A stretch of 64,000 nt of DNA from the human T2T-CHM13v2.0 reference genome, Homo sapiens, in the NCBI RefSeq assembly GCF_009914755.1, contig NC_060925.1; one strand, written 5' to 3'. Positions 1-14,590 of the stretch are shown one piece after another. Positions within the stretch are counted from its first letter, which is position 1, and the number at the start of each line of letters is the position of its first letter. Under the pieces are notes generated by a model that had not been told where the DNA came from, searched no databases, and saw only the letters and a list, made by a program, of their open reading frames with translations. Made by a program: the position numbers and the translations under genes.

Positions 1-204
1 TGTTTTAAGTGTATTTTCTGCCTGTCTTTTAAAAAAGTATGTATTCTGAAATAGTCTGAAATGTGTATGAGAGTGCAGGGTATTTTCTTTCAGTGTCTAT
101 TACAGCACTTACCACACTATATTATAATCAGTATCAGCTCCTCTGGAGTAGAGATCATGTCCTAGTTTTAGTGATTTGTGTCTCTCACAGTACCTGGCTT
201 GTAA

Positions 205-683
205 AGTACCCAGTTTAGGGGAGGCAAAACTTTACCTCTTCCTCTTTAGGTTTTTTTTTTCCCAGCTGAGCCTGAGAATTAAGTTGATATAAAACAGATT
301 AACAGGAGAAAAGCATACACATTTATTTAAATTGGAAATAAATGGAGATGAAGACCCAAAGAAGCACTTAGAATCAATCTCTCATATACTGAATTGGACA
401 GACAATAGTAAGCTGTGAAATGCAACTAAATATATGGAAAGGCTGAAAAGATAAGAGTTACTTTAACAAGGTCTGTAAAGAATTCTCTTGGCCTCAACTT
501 CCCATCCTTAATCAGAAGAGTGTTGTTTTCCTTCTAGCAAAGGGAGGGCATCTTTGAACATGGGAATTTCATCTCCTGCTTTTAAGAAATGGAAGATCAG
601 AATGATCTTGCACCTGCTGTTTTTCAAGTGTGTTTAACTCAAAATAGTCAATATACCAGAGTAGTGTATTTTTAACTCCTTCA
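205..683 (-). mobile_element. ERV1 LTR fragment (MER34/MER4-group-like)
   Basis: The minus strand begins TGAAGGAGTTAAAAATACAC, resembling MER34-type LTR starts. Family assigned from recall. Confidence 0.4.
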
Positions 684-798
684 CTAGCATATTAAGGACT
701 TAGAAAATATTAAGTACTTCAAAGCTGCAAAGGAAAATACAGATAGAACCCTTTTAGAATATTCTATATTTGTGTAGGTACACACTTAGGTGCTATTA

Positions 799-1066
<268 letters not shown>

Positions 1067-1502
1067 GATAAAAAAATTAGGTGCTGTTATTATACTTATT
1101 ATTATATATGGTCAGTGATTATATTTACCACACATTTATTATTTTCTGTACTCAGCATTTTTCCTTGCATCTCAGATATTCCATTCGGGATCATTTTCCT
1201 TTTTTCCTTTTAGAAATTTCTTTTACAAGAGTTCGTTGATGGAAGTTTTTTTTTTTGTTTTTTTTTTTTGCCTAGGTGTAGAGAAAATTGAGTTAATTAT
1301 AGGACATATTACTGTACTGTACCCTCATTTTTTCCTTTCTTGCTTTCTACTGGGTAGACTGAATTTTCTTCTCATGATTTAAAGTTAATATTCTATTTTT
1401 GTTTGTATAATGGTTGCATTTTAAGAGTTTTCTTTAATTCTGGCTTTTTTTTTTCCCCCCTCTACAAAGCTTCTGGAAAATTTCTTCCGGCATTTCTGGT
1501 AA

Positions 1503-1870
<368 letters not shown>

Positions 1871-2825
1871 ACGTGTTTTTGCAATATAAATTAGCTCATG
1901 ATGATTGATAAATAGGAGAATGATGTCATTATAATGCAAAAGTTCATATACAGTTTTCCCTAGCATGTTAATGATTTGGACTGCCAGTAAGCCTCAGTTT
2001 GTAAATCAATCCTATGCATCCCACATTCTTCAAATTAGACTTGATCTGGACTTGCAATAAATCTGTAAACTGTGAAGGAAAGAGATAAGCCAGTGGTTGT
2101 AGTTCAGTGTGGATAGTCCTATGCTAAGGGAAGGCACAGAATACTAGGAAAATTCAGGGGAGGTGATGAGAAAGACAGGATGGGTAGGGTGACCAGAAAA
2201 GGCTTCCAAAGGAGATTGCATTGAGTTGTGTTTTGAAAGGTGCTAGCTAGATTAAGAAGCTGGGAAAGGCATTCCTGGCAAAGGGAACAGAGTTGATAAT
2301 ACATAGTGGTTCACGTGAGTGAATGCTAAGAAGAAATGTGGCTGGAGATATTTTCAGGAACCACGTCATGGTGAAACCGTATGCTAAACTAAGGCATTTG
2401 GATTTGACACCTGGACTATGCTTGATGTTCCTGGACTATGCTAAAAGCATACAAATATTTTTGAACATATGAATTATTGACTTTGTTATAAAATATCTGG
2501 AGAATCACTAAATAATTTTAAGAGGGCAGCTAACATGATCTGATTCATGTTTTAGAAAAATTACTCTAGCAACAGTAGAGGGATGGATTACATAGGGACC
2601 AGATTGGAAGTGGGAAACTTAGGGGTAGTTTTGCAGTAATAATCAAAGAATGAGAACGAAAACAAGGCTCAGAGTGTAAATGGTGAGGGAAGATGAACTG
2701 ATTTATTAATGAAAAGGAATCTATCAAACAAATTGAGAATGGTGGGTGAAATCTTGGATGACTCTAATACCAACTACTCAATCACTTTTGGATCATAGTT
2801 TTCCAATAATGGCCAGAAAGAATTA

Positions 2826-3176
<351 letters not shown>

Positions 3177-3257
3177 TTATGATAAAATATAGCCTGTAAC
3201 ATTTGTGTTGCATTCCTAATTTGGTTAAAGCTAATATTTTGTTTTAGCTAATGTTGT

Positions 3258-3950
3258 AAAGAGCCTGAGCATAAAATAATCAGCAAAGTCACTTTTTTTA
3301 TTTGTAGAAACTGACAAACTGATTCTAAAGTTGATGTGGACATGCAAGGTCCTAGACTAGTAAAAAAACTGAAAAAGAACAAAGTTGGAGCACTAACACT
3401 TCCTGATTTCAAGACTTAACCATAAAGCTGTAGCAATCAAGAAAATATATTCTTGGGCTGGACGCGATGTTTCGCACCTGTAATCTCAGCACTTTGGGAG
3501 GCCGAGTTGGGCGGATCACCGGAGGTCAAGAGTTCAAGACTAGCCTGGCCAACATGGTGAAACCCCATCTCTACTAAAAGTACAAAAATTAGCCGGGCGT
3601 GGTTGTGGGTGCCTGTAATCCTAGCTATTCAGGAGGCTGAGTCAGGAGAATCGCTTGAACATGGGAGGTGGAGGTTGCAGTGAGCCAAGGTTGCACCATT
3701 GCATTCCAGCCTGGGCGAAAGAGTGAGACTCCATCTCAAAAAAAGAAAATGCATTCTTGGCATTCAGATAGATCTATAGATCAATGGAACTCTCAATAGA
3801 GAGTCCAGAAATAAGCCCACAAGTACACCATCAACAGATTTTCAACAAAGGTGACAAGGTAATTCAATGAGAAAAGGATAACCTTTTCAACAAATGATGC
3901 TGGAACAATTAGATATAGACATATGCTTAAAAAAAAAAAAAAAAGCCTCC
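3258..3950 (+). mobile_element. Old L1 (L1M) ORF2 fragment interrupted by an Alu at ~3455-3750
   Basis: aaagaacaaagttggag...cctgatttcaagac and ttttcaacaaatgatgctgg L1 ORF2 motifs. Confidence 0.7.
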
Positions 3951-4799
3951 CAAATCCTGATCGAAGTTCTGTTCCCCACTGGTGAGGAATGCCTGCTCTA
4001 AATACCACAAGATGGCCAAATACATGACACCTGACACTGGAGAGAGATGAGATTGATAGCAGCTTATTAGTCAGATACACTCAGCCCATGGGAAGAGGAT
4101 AGATATGCTATGCTATGCAGGGCCACAAGGGGTTACTCTCAAGAATAGAATGAACTCATAGGGAGTATGGGAGGCAGGCTTTGTAGTAACAAGAAGATGA
4201 GGTGCCTCCTGGTTCCCATGGGAAGATGTGATTGGCTTGTCTGGAAAATTCCGTGGGCTGGCAGGGAAGTGAAACTCATTAGTTTAAGGACTGTGTGGAG
4301 TACAGCTGCTCCGGCTGATAGAGGAACTGGCCAGATGGGGACTCTTTCTCTCTGGATGGGGGACATCTCTGGTGCGAGCCGAGTAACTGATGGCTAGGCT
4401 TTTTTGGGGCTTCTGTGAGACTGAAAGATGTCAAGGCAATATATGAAATTTTAGACCTTGCAATAAATTTATCTCACACCATATATAAAAATTAACTCAA
4501 ATTGTTTGATAGATATGATCTGTAATTATGAAATATCTATTCATTTTCTAATGTATATAGGTAAATTTTTATAATTTTCCCCACAAAGATCTTGCACATT
4601 TTTGTTAGATTTATTCCTAGGTGCTTCATATTTTTAGATGCTATTAATAATAAATGCTATCTTTTTAAAAAAATTAATTTTCTACTAATTTGTTACTGGT
4701 ATTTTAAATTATAATTATTTTTATATATTGACCTTATATCTAGCAATCTTGCTAAAATTTATCATTCATTTTTATACTTTAGTTGAAGATTTAAACATT

Positions 4800-4948
4800 T
4801 TCTCTTTCTTTTTCTTGTCCAGGTTGGAGTGCTGGAGTGCAGTAGCATGATCTCCGTTCACTGCAGCCTCAACCTCCTGGGCTCAAGTAATCCTCCTGTC
4901 TTGTCCTCCCAAAATGCTGGAATTACAGGTGAGCCACCACACCCAGGC
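4800..4948 (-). mobile_element. Antisense Alu monomer (FLAM/AluJ-like)
   Basis: T-rich tail then gctggagtgcagtagcatgatc...gctcaagtaatcctcctg...attacaggtgagccaccacacccaggc. Confidence 0.85.
4914..4928 (+). CDS. CCDC30: Candidate Alu-derived start exon of a long CCDC30 isoform (exon 4823-4928; coding MLELQ)
   Basis: Acceptor tttttcttgtccag|g at 4822/4823. ATG at 4914 has A at -3. atg ctg gaa tta cag ends in phase 0 at donor CAG|GTGAGC, in frame with exon 7025. Confidence 0.55.
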
Positions 4949-5015
4949 AAAATGACATTTTTGTTCATGAAGACTGATTTATGTACGTTTCATTTATATA
5001 TTGAATTTTGTTAAG

Positions 5016-5094
5016 AAGAAATTGGAACAAATCCACCAGTCTCTACAAAGAGAACATCAAGAACCTGTGTAACAGTCTAAAAAAACTGAGTGAG
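5016..5094 (+). other. Probable decayed ancestral coiled-coil exon of CCDC30
   Basis: Unique sequence bounded by ttttgttaag| and gag|gtaaaa. Reads KKLEQIHQSLQREHQEPV*QSKK then, after a 1-nt shift in the A7 run, LSE in phase 0. Confidence 0.4.
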
Positions 5095-5198
5095 GTAAAA
5101 AAGAAATTATAATCCTTTACTTAATAATTGTGGCTAATTACAAATCAGCTTTCACCTTAGAAGTATTTTGTTTGAATGTATGATAATGTATAGATTCA

Positions 5199-5488
<290 letters not shown>

Positions 5489-5627
5489 AGTCATGCTGTA
5501 AGAATTATCAAATTATGCATAAAAGTATTTTGAACACATCACAAAAATTTGAGGAGGAAAAAATCACTCATTTGACATGATAGCTGATTTTTTATTGAAT
5601 GTATCAAAATTTAAACAATCTATGTTA

Positions 5628-5988
<361 letters not shown>

Positions 5989-6297
5989 TTACAAATATGT
6001 TTGTAGTTCCCCTTTTAAGGAGTTCTTTAGAATATATAGCACATTATTTTAAATATATTCAGTTCTGCTCATGGAATTTAATGTTTTTGATCTAGGGAAA
6101 TGTTATTAAAAGGTAAGTCTGGTGAATAAAGTGTACACTGTGAATTTAAGTATGGGAGGTAACCCAAGATTAAACTGTACATCACAGTATTATTTTCAAT
6201 AGCAAAAATCAGAAGCTATCCAAATTTTTAAGTGAGTACAGAAATAATGTTATAGCCATGCTGGAACACAGTACAGCCTTTAAAAATTATCATTACA

Positions 6298-6600
6298 AGC
6301 TGGGTGCGGTGGCTTATGCCTGTAATCCCAGCACTTTGGAAGGCCCAGGTGGGTGGATCACGAGGTCAGGAGTTCGAGACCAGCTTGGCCAACATGGTGA
6401 CATCCCATCTCTACTAAAGATACAAAAAATGAGCCAGTCGTGGTGGTGCGTGCCTAAAATCCCAGCTACTTGGGAGTCTGAGGCAGGAGAATCGCTTGAA
6501 CCTGGGAGGCGGAGGTTGCAGTTGTGCCATTAGAGACTGTGCCATTGCCCTCTAGCCTGGGGGACCAGGTGAGACTCCATCTCAAAAAAAAAAAAAAAAA
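6298..6600 (+). mobile_element. Alu (S-type)
   Basis: Full dimer; TSD atcattaca. Confidence 0.92.
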
Positions 6601-6774
6601 TCATTACATTAGAAAATCTGTACAGCAATTTACAGAGAAGTGTTCCTGTATAATGTTAAATTTAAAAAGCCAGACAGAAACTTGTACATGTGTTGGTATT
6701 ATGACTATGTAAAAATGTATATAAATAAAAAATACTGCAAAGAAATAGAACAATACACTCATATCTCTTGGATG

Positions 6775-6852
6775 TTAGGTTGAACCACATGAAACCAAAT
6801 ATTTATAAGTAAAAGCAATCAAATATCACCAGTTTTATTTGGTTCAACCTAA
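6775..6852 (+). mobile_element. MADE2-like mariner MITE
   Basis: About 80 bp with terminal inverted repeats ttaggttgaacca / tggttcaacctaa. Confidence 0.75.
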
Positions 6853-6863
6853 GAAAGGAAATA

Positions 6864-6903
6864 CACAGACACACACACATACACACACACACTCACACAC
6901 ACA
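6864..6903. repeat. Interrupted (CA)n microsatellite
   Basis: Seen directly in the sequence. Confidence 0.9.
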
Positions 6904-7024
6904 AAGAAATACACATAGATATTGTTTGCTAATTTATTGGCTTTTAAACATTAATAGAAAATAGCAAAATGTCATGAGAGTACATTTGCTCTTTGTTTTA
7001 TTACTAATAGAAGTTTTATTTCAG

Positions 7025-7178
7025 TATCATAATGAAGACCTGGAAAAAGACAAAACATCACAAAACTGCCTAGGAAGAGGAATGGAACAAGTAGCAAAGA
7101 AGTTAGGGGTGGCTCATGAAGAGATTCAAAGGCTCACTGATGAACTACAAGTGAAGGAGAAGGAACAATGTAAATTAG
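7025..7178 (+). CDS. CCDC30: CCDC30 upstream coding exon A (YHNEDLEKDKTSQNCLGRGMEQVAKKLGVAHEEIQRLTDELQVKEKEQCKL)
   Basis: ttttatttcag| acceptor and |gtaagc donor; 154 nt, phase 0 to 1; heptad-like E/K/L/Q-rich peptide; internal ggaATGg at 7082. Confidence 0.8.
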
Positions 7179-9169
7179 GTAAGCTGTGGTTTCAGATGAC
7201 CATTTCCGATCATGCTTTAACTGTACTGATCTCATCTCAGGGTGGAACATGAGAAAAAAAAAAAACACTGAGAAACAAGTCTTTAAGATAAACACATAAA
7301 AGTGATGAACAGCCTCATTTTCTACCATGCTAGGAATTTTTGTCAAAGCCCAAGCATATCTACCAAAAGTGCACAACTTGTAAGTGTATACCACTCACCA
7401 CAAGAAATTCCCAGCCTCTCAGAAGTCCCCTGTGTTCCTTCTTTCTATCTCTACATCCTTCCTCCTCCTTCAGAGTAACTACTGTCCTGACTGAATGCAG
7501 TTTCTGCGTTTGACTATATGCAGTATGCCTTCTATGGTTTGCTTCTCCTGCTCAGTCTTATAAGATTCATTCATTTTGTTACACGTAGCAGTTGTTTGTT
7601 CACTCTGCTGTTTATAGTATTTCATTAATAAACATACTGCAATTTATCCATTCTACTGATGGACGATTGTGTTGTCAGTTTTTGTCTATTATGAATATTG
7701 CTGCTATAAACATTTTGGTATATGTCTCAGTGTGCTTATTACACATTTCTGATTGTGGTAAGAGCAGAATTACTGAATCAAAGGGCAGGTTCTACTTTGG
7801 TCTTCCAAGGTAATTATACTAATTTAAGCTTTCCTCAGTTGTATGTGAGATTTTAGTTCCTCCACCTTGGTTTTCAATACTTGGTACTGTCAGTCTTACC
7901 AACTTCACCTTTTATGTTGAGTGTATAGTGGTATTTAAGTGTGGCTTTAACTGGTATTCCCTGACTGCTAATTAAGTTGAAGATCTTTTCATATGTTTGT
8001 TGTTGTTGTTACTCGTTTGGATATACAACTTTGTGAAGTTCCTGCTCGAGTCTGTTGTATATTTTTCTATTTTATTTATTTGTGGGAGTTCTTTATATAT
8101 TGTGGATATGAGCCTTTTGTTGGTTATAAATGTTATGTTGTTGTTATTGTTTTTTTACCATAAATGCTAATATTCATCAAGTTGGGTTTAAGTGAATTAT
8201 TCTTTATGCTTTCTGAGTTTTCATGTTTAAAGCCTTTTCTTCACTACAAGGTTATTGAAAATATTTACCCCTGGTTTTGGGGGGGTACTTTTATTGTTTA
8301 TATTTACATCTTTGCTTTATCTAGAATTTAGTATAAAAATTTTAAATTATAATTATCTCCTTTCTATATTTTTAATCCGTGACTGATTCTTTTACAAATG
8401 CAATGTATAGGTTACTTTAGAATCATAAACATTAAAAATGTTAAATGTATAAAACAATAATGATTATGCCTGTGTGATTAAAAACAAATAATAATAAAAA
8501 AAAGAATATCAGGATGTAAATTTTTTATAAGTACATTTTAAACAGTGGACACAAATAACTTTTCAGAATGATGGAAATGTTGCATATCCCATGTGGGTTG
8601 GTGGGTATACAATTGTACATATTTGTCAGAATTCTTCAAACTATACACTTAAAAGGGTGAATTTCACTGCATGCAATTTATTCCTCAGTAAACACTATCT
8701 AAAAAGAAAATAAATTTGGTCACATGAACACGATGAGAAGCAATATTTGCTGCTTGCCATACAAGAAGAAAAAAGGAAAGCAGGATATTCAGTACCCTTA
8801 GTAGTTACATTTGGACACAACAGAACACAATCACATAGCAACCTGTTCTATCAGCAGTTGCTCTGTAGGGTAAATCCCAGACGTATCAACTGAAAGCCGT
8901 CTCCACAGTGAGTCTATTAGGACTGCTGGGAAGCTGAATTAGCAAGTCCTTTTGGAATGTTGTGTGCAGTATCAGTGTGTGCGCCATCTGTAACTTCCTG
9001 AGTCATCCACTTATAGCAGAATTTGTAGCTAGGCATGTGTTATATGACAGTGTTTCCCAAGTATTAGCTTGTTTCTTTCAACAAACTCTTTAAAATAAAT
9101 CCCTTTAGTTCTCTTTAGTTTATTCTTTAGCTCTCTATCACATCATAAAATTTGGATGAAAATGAAAAA

Positions 9170-11700
9170 TTTTTTCAGTGATAATTTTTTCAAGAATAAA
9201 AAAGAATTTATATAAAATATTTGTTCCTCAACAAATGAATATCAAGAAAAAAGATGAATTTTTAAAGATTTAAGAGACTTATTAACCAATTATGATGTGT
9301 GGCCTTTATTGAATCCTGATTCAAATTTTTAACATTAATAAAACAATTTGAAATTTGAACACTTGCTAGACATATGAGTTAAAGAATTATTGTTAAATTT
9401 TTGTTAAATTAATTTTTTGTTTAAAAAGAGTTCTTATTTTTTAGAGCTGTATAGTGAAATATTCATAAGTGAATGAAATGATGTCTAGGATTTGCTTCAA
9501 AATAATACAGGTCTCTACCTTACACCTACACAAAAATTAATTCAAAATGGATCATAGAGCTAAATGTAAGTTAAAACTGTAAAACTGTTAGAAGAAAACA
9601 AGGAAAACATCTTCATGATCTTGGGTTAAGCAGTGATACATTAAATATGACACCAAAAGCAAAAATGATGAGAAAAACTAATACATTGGACTAAATCAAA
9701 ATTTAAAACCTTTACAGTTCAAAACATACCATCAGAAAGTGAAAAGACAACTCATAGACTAGAAGAAAATATTTGCAAATCATGTGTTTGATATGGATCT
9801 TACATCCAGAATATGTAACAAATTCTTACAATTTAATAATTAAAAGACAGCCCAATTTAAAAATGGGCAAAAGGGCTGGGCGTGGTGACATGCACCTGTA
9901 GTCCTAGCTACTTGGAAGGCTGAGGTGGAAGGATAGCTTGAGCCCAGAAGTTTGAGGCTGTAGTAGGCGATGATTGTTCCAGCCTGGGTGACAGAGCAAG
10001 ACCCTGTCTCAAAGAAAAAAGATGGGCAAAGGATTTGAAAAGACATTTCCAGGAAGAAGATATGTGAATGACCAACAAGCACATGAAAAGATGCTCAGCA
10101 CCTCCCATCATAAAAATTGATAAGTATGTGAGGTGATAGATGTGTTAATTAACTTGATTTAATCACCCCACAATATAAATATATAGCAAAACATTACATT
10201 GTACCCCATAAACATATACAATTATTATTTGTCGATTAAGAAGACGATGTTCGATACCATTAGTTATTAGGGAAGTGCAAAGCAAAACCACAATGAGCGT
10301 CTACTTCATACCCACTAGAATGGCCATGCTAAAAAAGACAGACAGTGACAACTGTTGGTAAGGATGTGGAAACATTGAAACCCTTATACATTGCTAGTAA
10401 GAAGGTAAAATAGTGAAGATACTTTGGAAAACATTTAACAGTTTCTCAAAATATTAAAGGCGACCCAGAAATTCTACTCCTAGCTACCTACCCAGGAGAA
10501 ATGAAAACATGTATCAACACAGACTTGTATGTAAATGTTCATAACAATATTAGTTACAGTAGCCAAGAGTTAGAAACAACCCAACTGTCTGTCAGTTGGT
10601 GAACAGATAAACAAAATGCAGTATATCCATACTGTGCAGAAAGTAGCTAACAGCACACCCGACACTGCTATTCTTAAGAAAGGACTGCTTATAACAGTCA
10701 CAAGCATCTGGCTGACATCTGGGAACCTGGATTTTGGGAGGGTTTCCACCATTCCTTAACCAATAGTGGCTCACTGTGCCTAAGCTGTTTATACAATGTG
10801 GTCCATGCAGAACACCTGCTTTCCTTTAAGAGTCTTGGTATATGCTAGGCAGAAAGTGTGTGTGTGACCAGCCCTCAACAAAACCTTAGGTGGTGAGTCT
10901 TTCATGAACTTCCCAGGTAGACATTTTACATGTATTGTCACAGTTCACTGCTGGAGACATATCCTTTGTGACTCCACTGGGAGCGGACTCTTGGAAGCTT
11001 GTTCCTGGTTTCTTCTGGCCTTTGCCCTATGCATCCTTTCCCTTTGCTGATTTTGCTTTATCCTTTTGCTGTAGGAAATCTTAGCTTTGAATATGAACAT
11101 ATGTTGAGACTTGTGAGTCCTCTTAGCACATCACCAAACCTGGGGGTGACCTTGGGAACTCCTGACACTCATATGATAGAATACTATCTGCCAGTAAAAA
11201 GGAAGGAAGTACTTACACCTGCTACATGGATGAATCTCAAAAACAAGCTAAGTAAAAGAAGTCAGATGCAAAAGATCATATATTGTGTGATTCCATTTAG
11301 ATGAAATGTACATAAAAGGCAATCCTATAGAGATAGGAAGTAGATTGGCATAGCTGGGCACAGTAGCACATGCTTATGTCCCAACTACTTGCCACTTGGA
11401 AGGCTGAGGCAGAAGAATCACCTAGCCTATGAGTTTGAGTCCAACCTGAGCAACATAGTGATGCCCTGTCTCAAAAAAAAAAAAAAAAAAAAAAAGGAAA
11501 GTAGATTAGTGGTTGTCTAGGGCTAGGTATGAAAATTGGGATTGACTAAGTGCATATGATTTTCTTAATAGGGTGATGGAAATGTTCTAAAATTAGATTG
11601 CGATGGTTGCATACCTGTAGGTATACTAAAAACCATTGAATTGTCCACTTGAAATATGTAATTTTTAAGGTATGTAAACTGTACCTCAAAGCTGTTAAAA
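9170..11700 (+). mobile_element. Old L1 (L1MB/MC-like) 3' region with nested Alu monomers (9872-10020, 11353-11495), an L1MA 3' scrap (10110-10240) and an ERVL-type LTR (10633-11167)
   Basis: L1 ORF2-end and 3'UTR motifs resume on both sides of each insertion. Confidence 0.65.
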
Positions 11701-11728
11701 ATATAAGAACTGGGGGAAATAAGTGTAT

Positions 11729-12377
11729 TAGGTGAAAATCTAAGGTGGCCTCCAAGAGCCCCACCCCCTGGTATACACACATATTTTCCCAGTTATTCAA
11801 CCAAATACAATCTAGATGCTGCTGTGAAGAGATTTTGTAAGCGTAGTTACGGTCCCAAACCAACTGACTTTAAAGAAGGGAGATTATCTTACTTGAGCCT
11901 GATCTAATCAGGTGAGCTCTTAAAAGAGTCAAGGCATTTCCTGGCAAAAGAGATTTGAAGTGCAAGAGGGATTTAACATGAGGGAGATTCTACATTAATG
12001 ACTTTGAAGAACAAATAAATAATGACTTTGAAGATGGAGGAGACCAGGTAACAAAGAATGTGGGCAGCCTCCAAGAGCCAAGAGAGACCTCCAACTGACA
12101 GTCAGTGAGGAGATGGGGACCTCAGTCTTACACCCTCAAGGACTGATTTCAGCTAACAAGCTGAATCAGATTGGAAATGGATTCTTCTCCAGAGCCTTCA
12201 GAGAGAAACACAGCCTGGCCAACACCCTGATTTCACCCTTGTAAGACTTTGATCACAGAACCCCGGCACACCATGCCCGGACTCCTGACCTAGAGAAACG
12301 TGAACTAGTAGATGGATGCTGTTGTAAGCCACTAAGTTTGTGGCAATTTGTTATACGACATTAGAAAATTAATATAA
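11729..12377 (+). mobile_element. MaLR LTR (MLT1-like)
   Basis: gggagattatc...gctgttgtaagccactaagtttgtggcaatttgttata MLT1 motifs. Confidence 0.7.
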
Positions 12378-12671
12378 TATGTAAGGGTATAAGTGAAACA
12401 AGATTGACCATAAGTTGGTAATTGTTAAAAGCTGGGTGATGGATGTAGGTATTACCATAACTCTGCCCTAGCTACTTTTGTATATATTTGAAATCTTCCA
12501 TAAGTAAAAAAGTTTTTTTTTTTAAATCGATGCTAACCAGACTTAGAAAGAGACTTAGAAATAGACTAAGAAAGTAAAACTCTTAATCTGGTAGAGAGAT
12601 CTCAAGAAAAGTTACAACCAATACAGTTTTAGAAATATTACTGGTTTAGGAGGACTGTTGGAAAGCTAAAA

Positions 12672-12968
12672 TTTTCTTTTTTTTCTTTCTTTTTTTAGAG
12701 ACAGGGTTTCACTCTGTTGCCCAGATTGGAGTACAGTGGCACGATCATCACTTACTCACTGAGTTCCTGGGTTCAAGTGACCCTCCTGCCTCAGTCTCAT
12801 GAGTAGCTAGGACTACAGGCGTGTAGTGCCACAGTTGGCTAAGTTTTAAATCTTTTGTAGAGAAGGTGGTTTTACTTGCCCAGGCTGATCTCAAACTCCT
12901 GGCCTCAAGCAATCCTCATGCCTCAGCCTCCCAAGTGTTGTATAGGTGTGAGCCACTGTGCCCAACCC
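12672..12968 (-). mobile_element. Alu (J-like)
   Basis: Antisense Alu; TSD gaaagcta. Confidence 0.88.
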
Positions 12969-14518
12969 CAGAAAGCTACAGTTTTCAAGTATCTTCACAA
13001 ACATGGCAGAAACTAACCTGACCATAGAAGTTAATAAATTTGGTAGTCTGATATTATCTAAATTTGGAGCAATATATTTCACTATGTGTGCTATTCCAGA
13101 AATAGTTATTTTTTTCAAATGGCAATTAAGTCAAATGTTTTCAGAACACCTGAAGTCTTCAGAACTTAGAGGTTCATAGAATACAGTTTGGAAGCCCCTG
13201 GTTCACATAATAAATTCTGAGCTCTCTTATGTAGCAAATAAGGTCTTTCTGGTTTGGCCTCTGCCTATGTATCCAGGTCATATCCCACACTGTCCTAATT
13301 CTCTGCACTACAGACCAGGCAGTATTAGACTATATGTAGTTCCAGAACTACTCAGTGTTCCCTCCTATGTCGTCTCCTTTGTTCTGTCCTACTCCTATAT
13401 TACTCGTCTTATTCCCTCTTTCCAGAATATCCTTTCCACCTGCCCTCACTTTACTTTCTCTCCTTCTTCCATAGAGGAATACATTTAGAAAACTGTTCTT
13501 TTAGTAAAAACAAAAGCTATTTTTACATCTTTGGCTCAGTGTAAACAGACTTAGGTTCACATCCCAGCCATACAGTTTACTAGTTGTGTAATGTTGAGCA
13601 ACTTGCTTAACTTTTCTGAGTCTTGTTTATCTCATCTATAAAATGGAAACATGAATATCTACTTTGCAGATTTGTTATGATGGTACATATATCTGGCACT
13701 GGTAGTTACTGCTATGGTAACAGCAGTAGTAATAGTATTGCTATAGTTAGGAATGCAGTTTTAGGTGAATCTGGTGGGTTATCCTGGGATTTACTCTAAA
13801 GAACTGAGTGTTACGGATGTAATAATAAAACCTTCACAATTGTGCTGATGTGCTCACTCTGTGGTTAGAAGTGACCTGTTATAAAATTCATGTTAGTCTC
13901 TTACTTCTGGGAGGTTCTTCATTCTGATAATATAGGCGATCCACTAGCAATATCGCTGGTGATGAGGAGACCGTAGGAGACAAAGGGATAAAACCTGAAG
14001 TAGAGAGCCCAAATCCAATAGTCTTCCTAAATATCACTGTGCCATCCTTATACAATTCTTGCATAGCACCAAAAGCTATTTCCTGAAATTTTGTTATTTT
14101 GATATTTCTAGCAGCTATTGGCAAAATTCTAAATATGATTGATTGCAGGAATTATTTTTACTTATTTCTGGGTGTAATTTCTTTTTACTAAACTGGTAGT
14201 ACCATACCTAAAAACTTTCAGCTTTTCCTGTTGTTTACAGTGGTTTAAATTCCTCTTCATCATGAAATCTGATGGAGGAAACTATTAAGGAAAGACAATT
14301 ACAAGATCAGATAATCAGGGATAGGGCTAAATATAGGGTGCAGTAGGAACTCTAAGAGAGAAGTCTGGGAAAATTCCCTGAGGAGCTGACATTTAAGCAG
14401 AAACTCCTAGGACAGTAGCCAGGTGAAAGAAAGTGTTCCAGAGAGAGAGAGTCATTTGAAATTTGATTATTATACTAATCATTTGTTCCTTATACAAATA
14501 TTTTATTTCTTTTTTTAG

Positions 14519-14590
14519 ATTCTGCACTTAAGAAGGCTCAACTAGAAATTGACAAATTGAAGGAAAATTTGGTAAAGCTGAAAGAAAATG
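14519..14590 (+). CDS. CCDC30: CCDC30 upstream coding exon B (DSALKKAQLEIDKLKENLVKLKEN)
   Basis: tttctttttttag| acceptor and |gtaagt donor; 72 nt, phase 1 to 1; open; coiled-coil pattern. Confidence 0.85.

Noticed and set aside
6974-7252. 92-aa ORF with a hydrophobic, signal-peptide-like N-terminus
   Set aside because: The hydrophobic part is the polypyrimidine tract of exon A read through. Only 7025-7178 looks exonic.
13708-13729. Small hairpin and half X-box (tactgctatggtaacagcagta)
   Set aside because: It sits in low-complexity sequence at a MIR end and is expected by chance.
13959-13998. C/D-box snoRNA-like motifs (GTGATGA...CTGA)
   Set aside because: The boxes are too close together, with no terminal stem or recognisable guide sequence.
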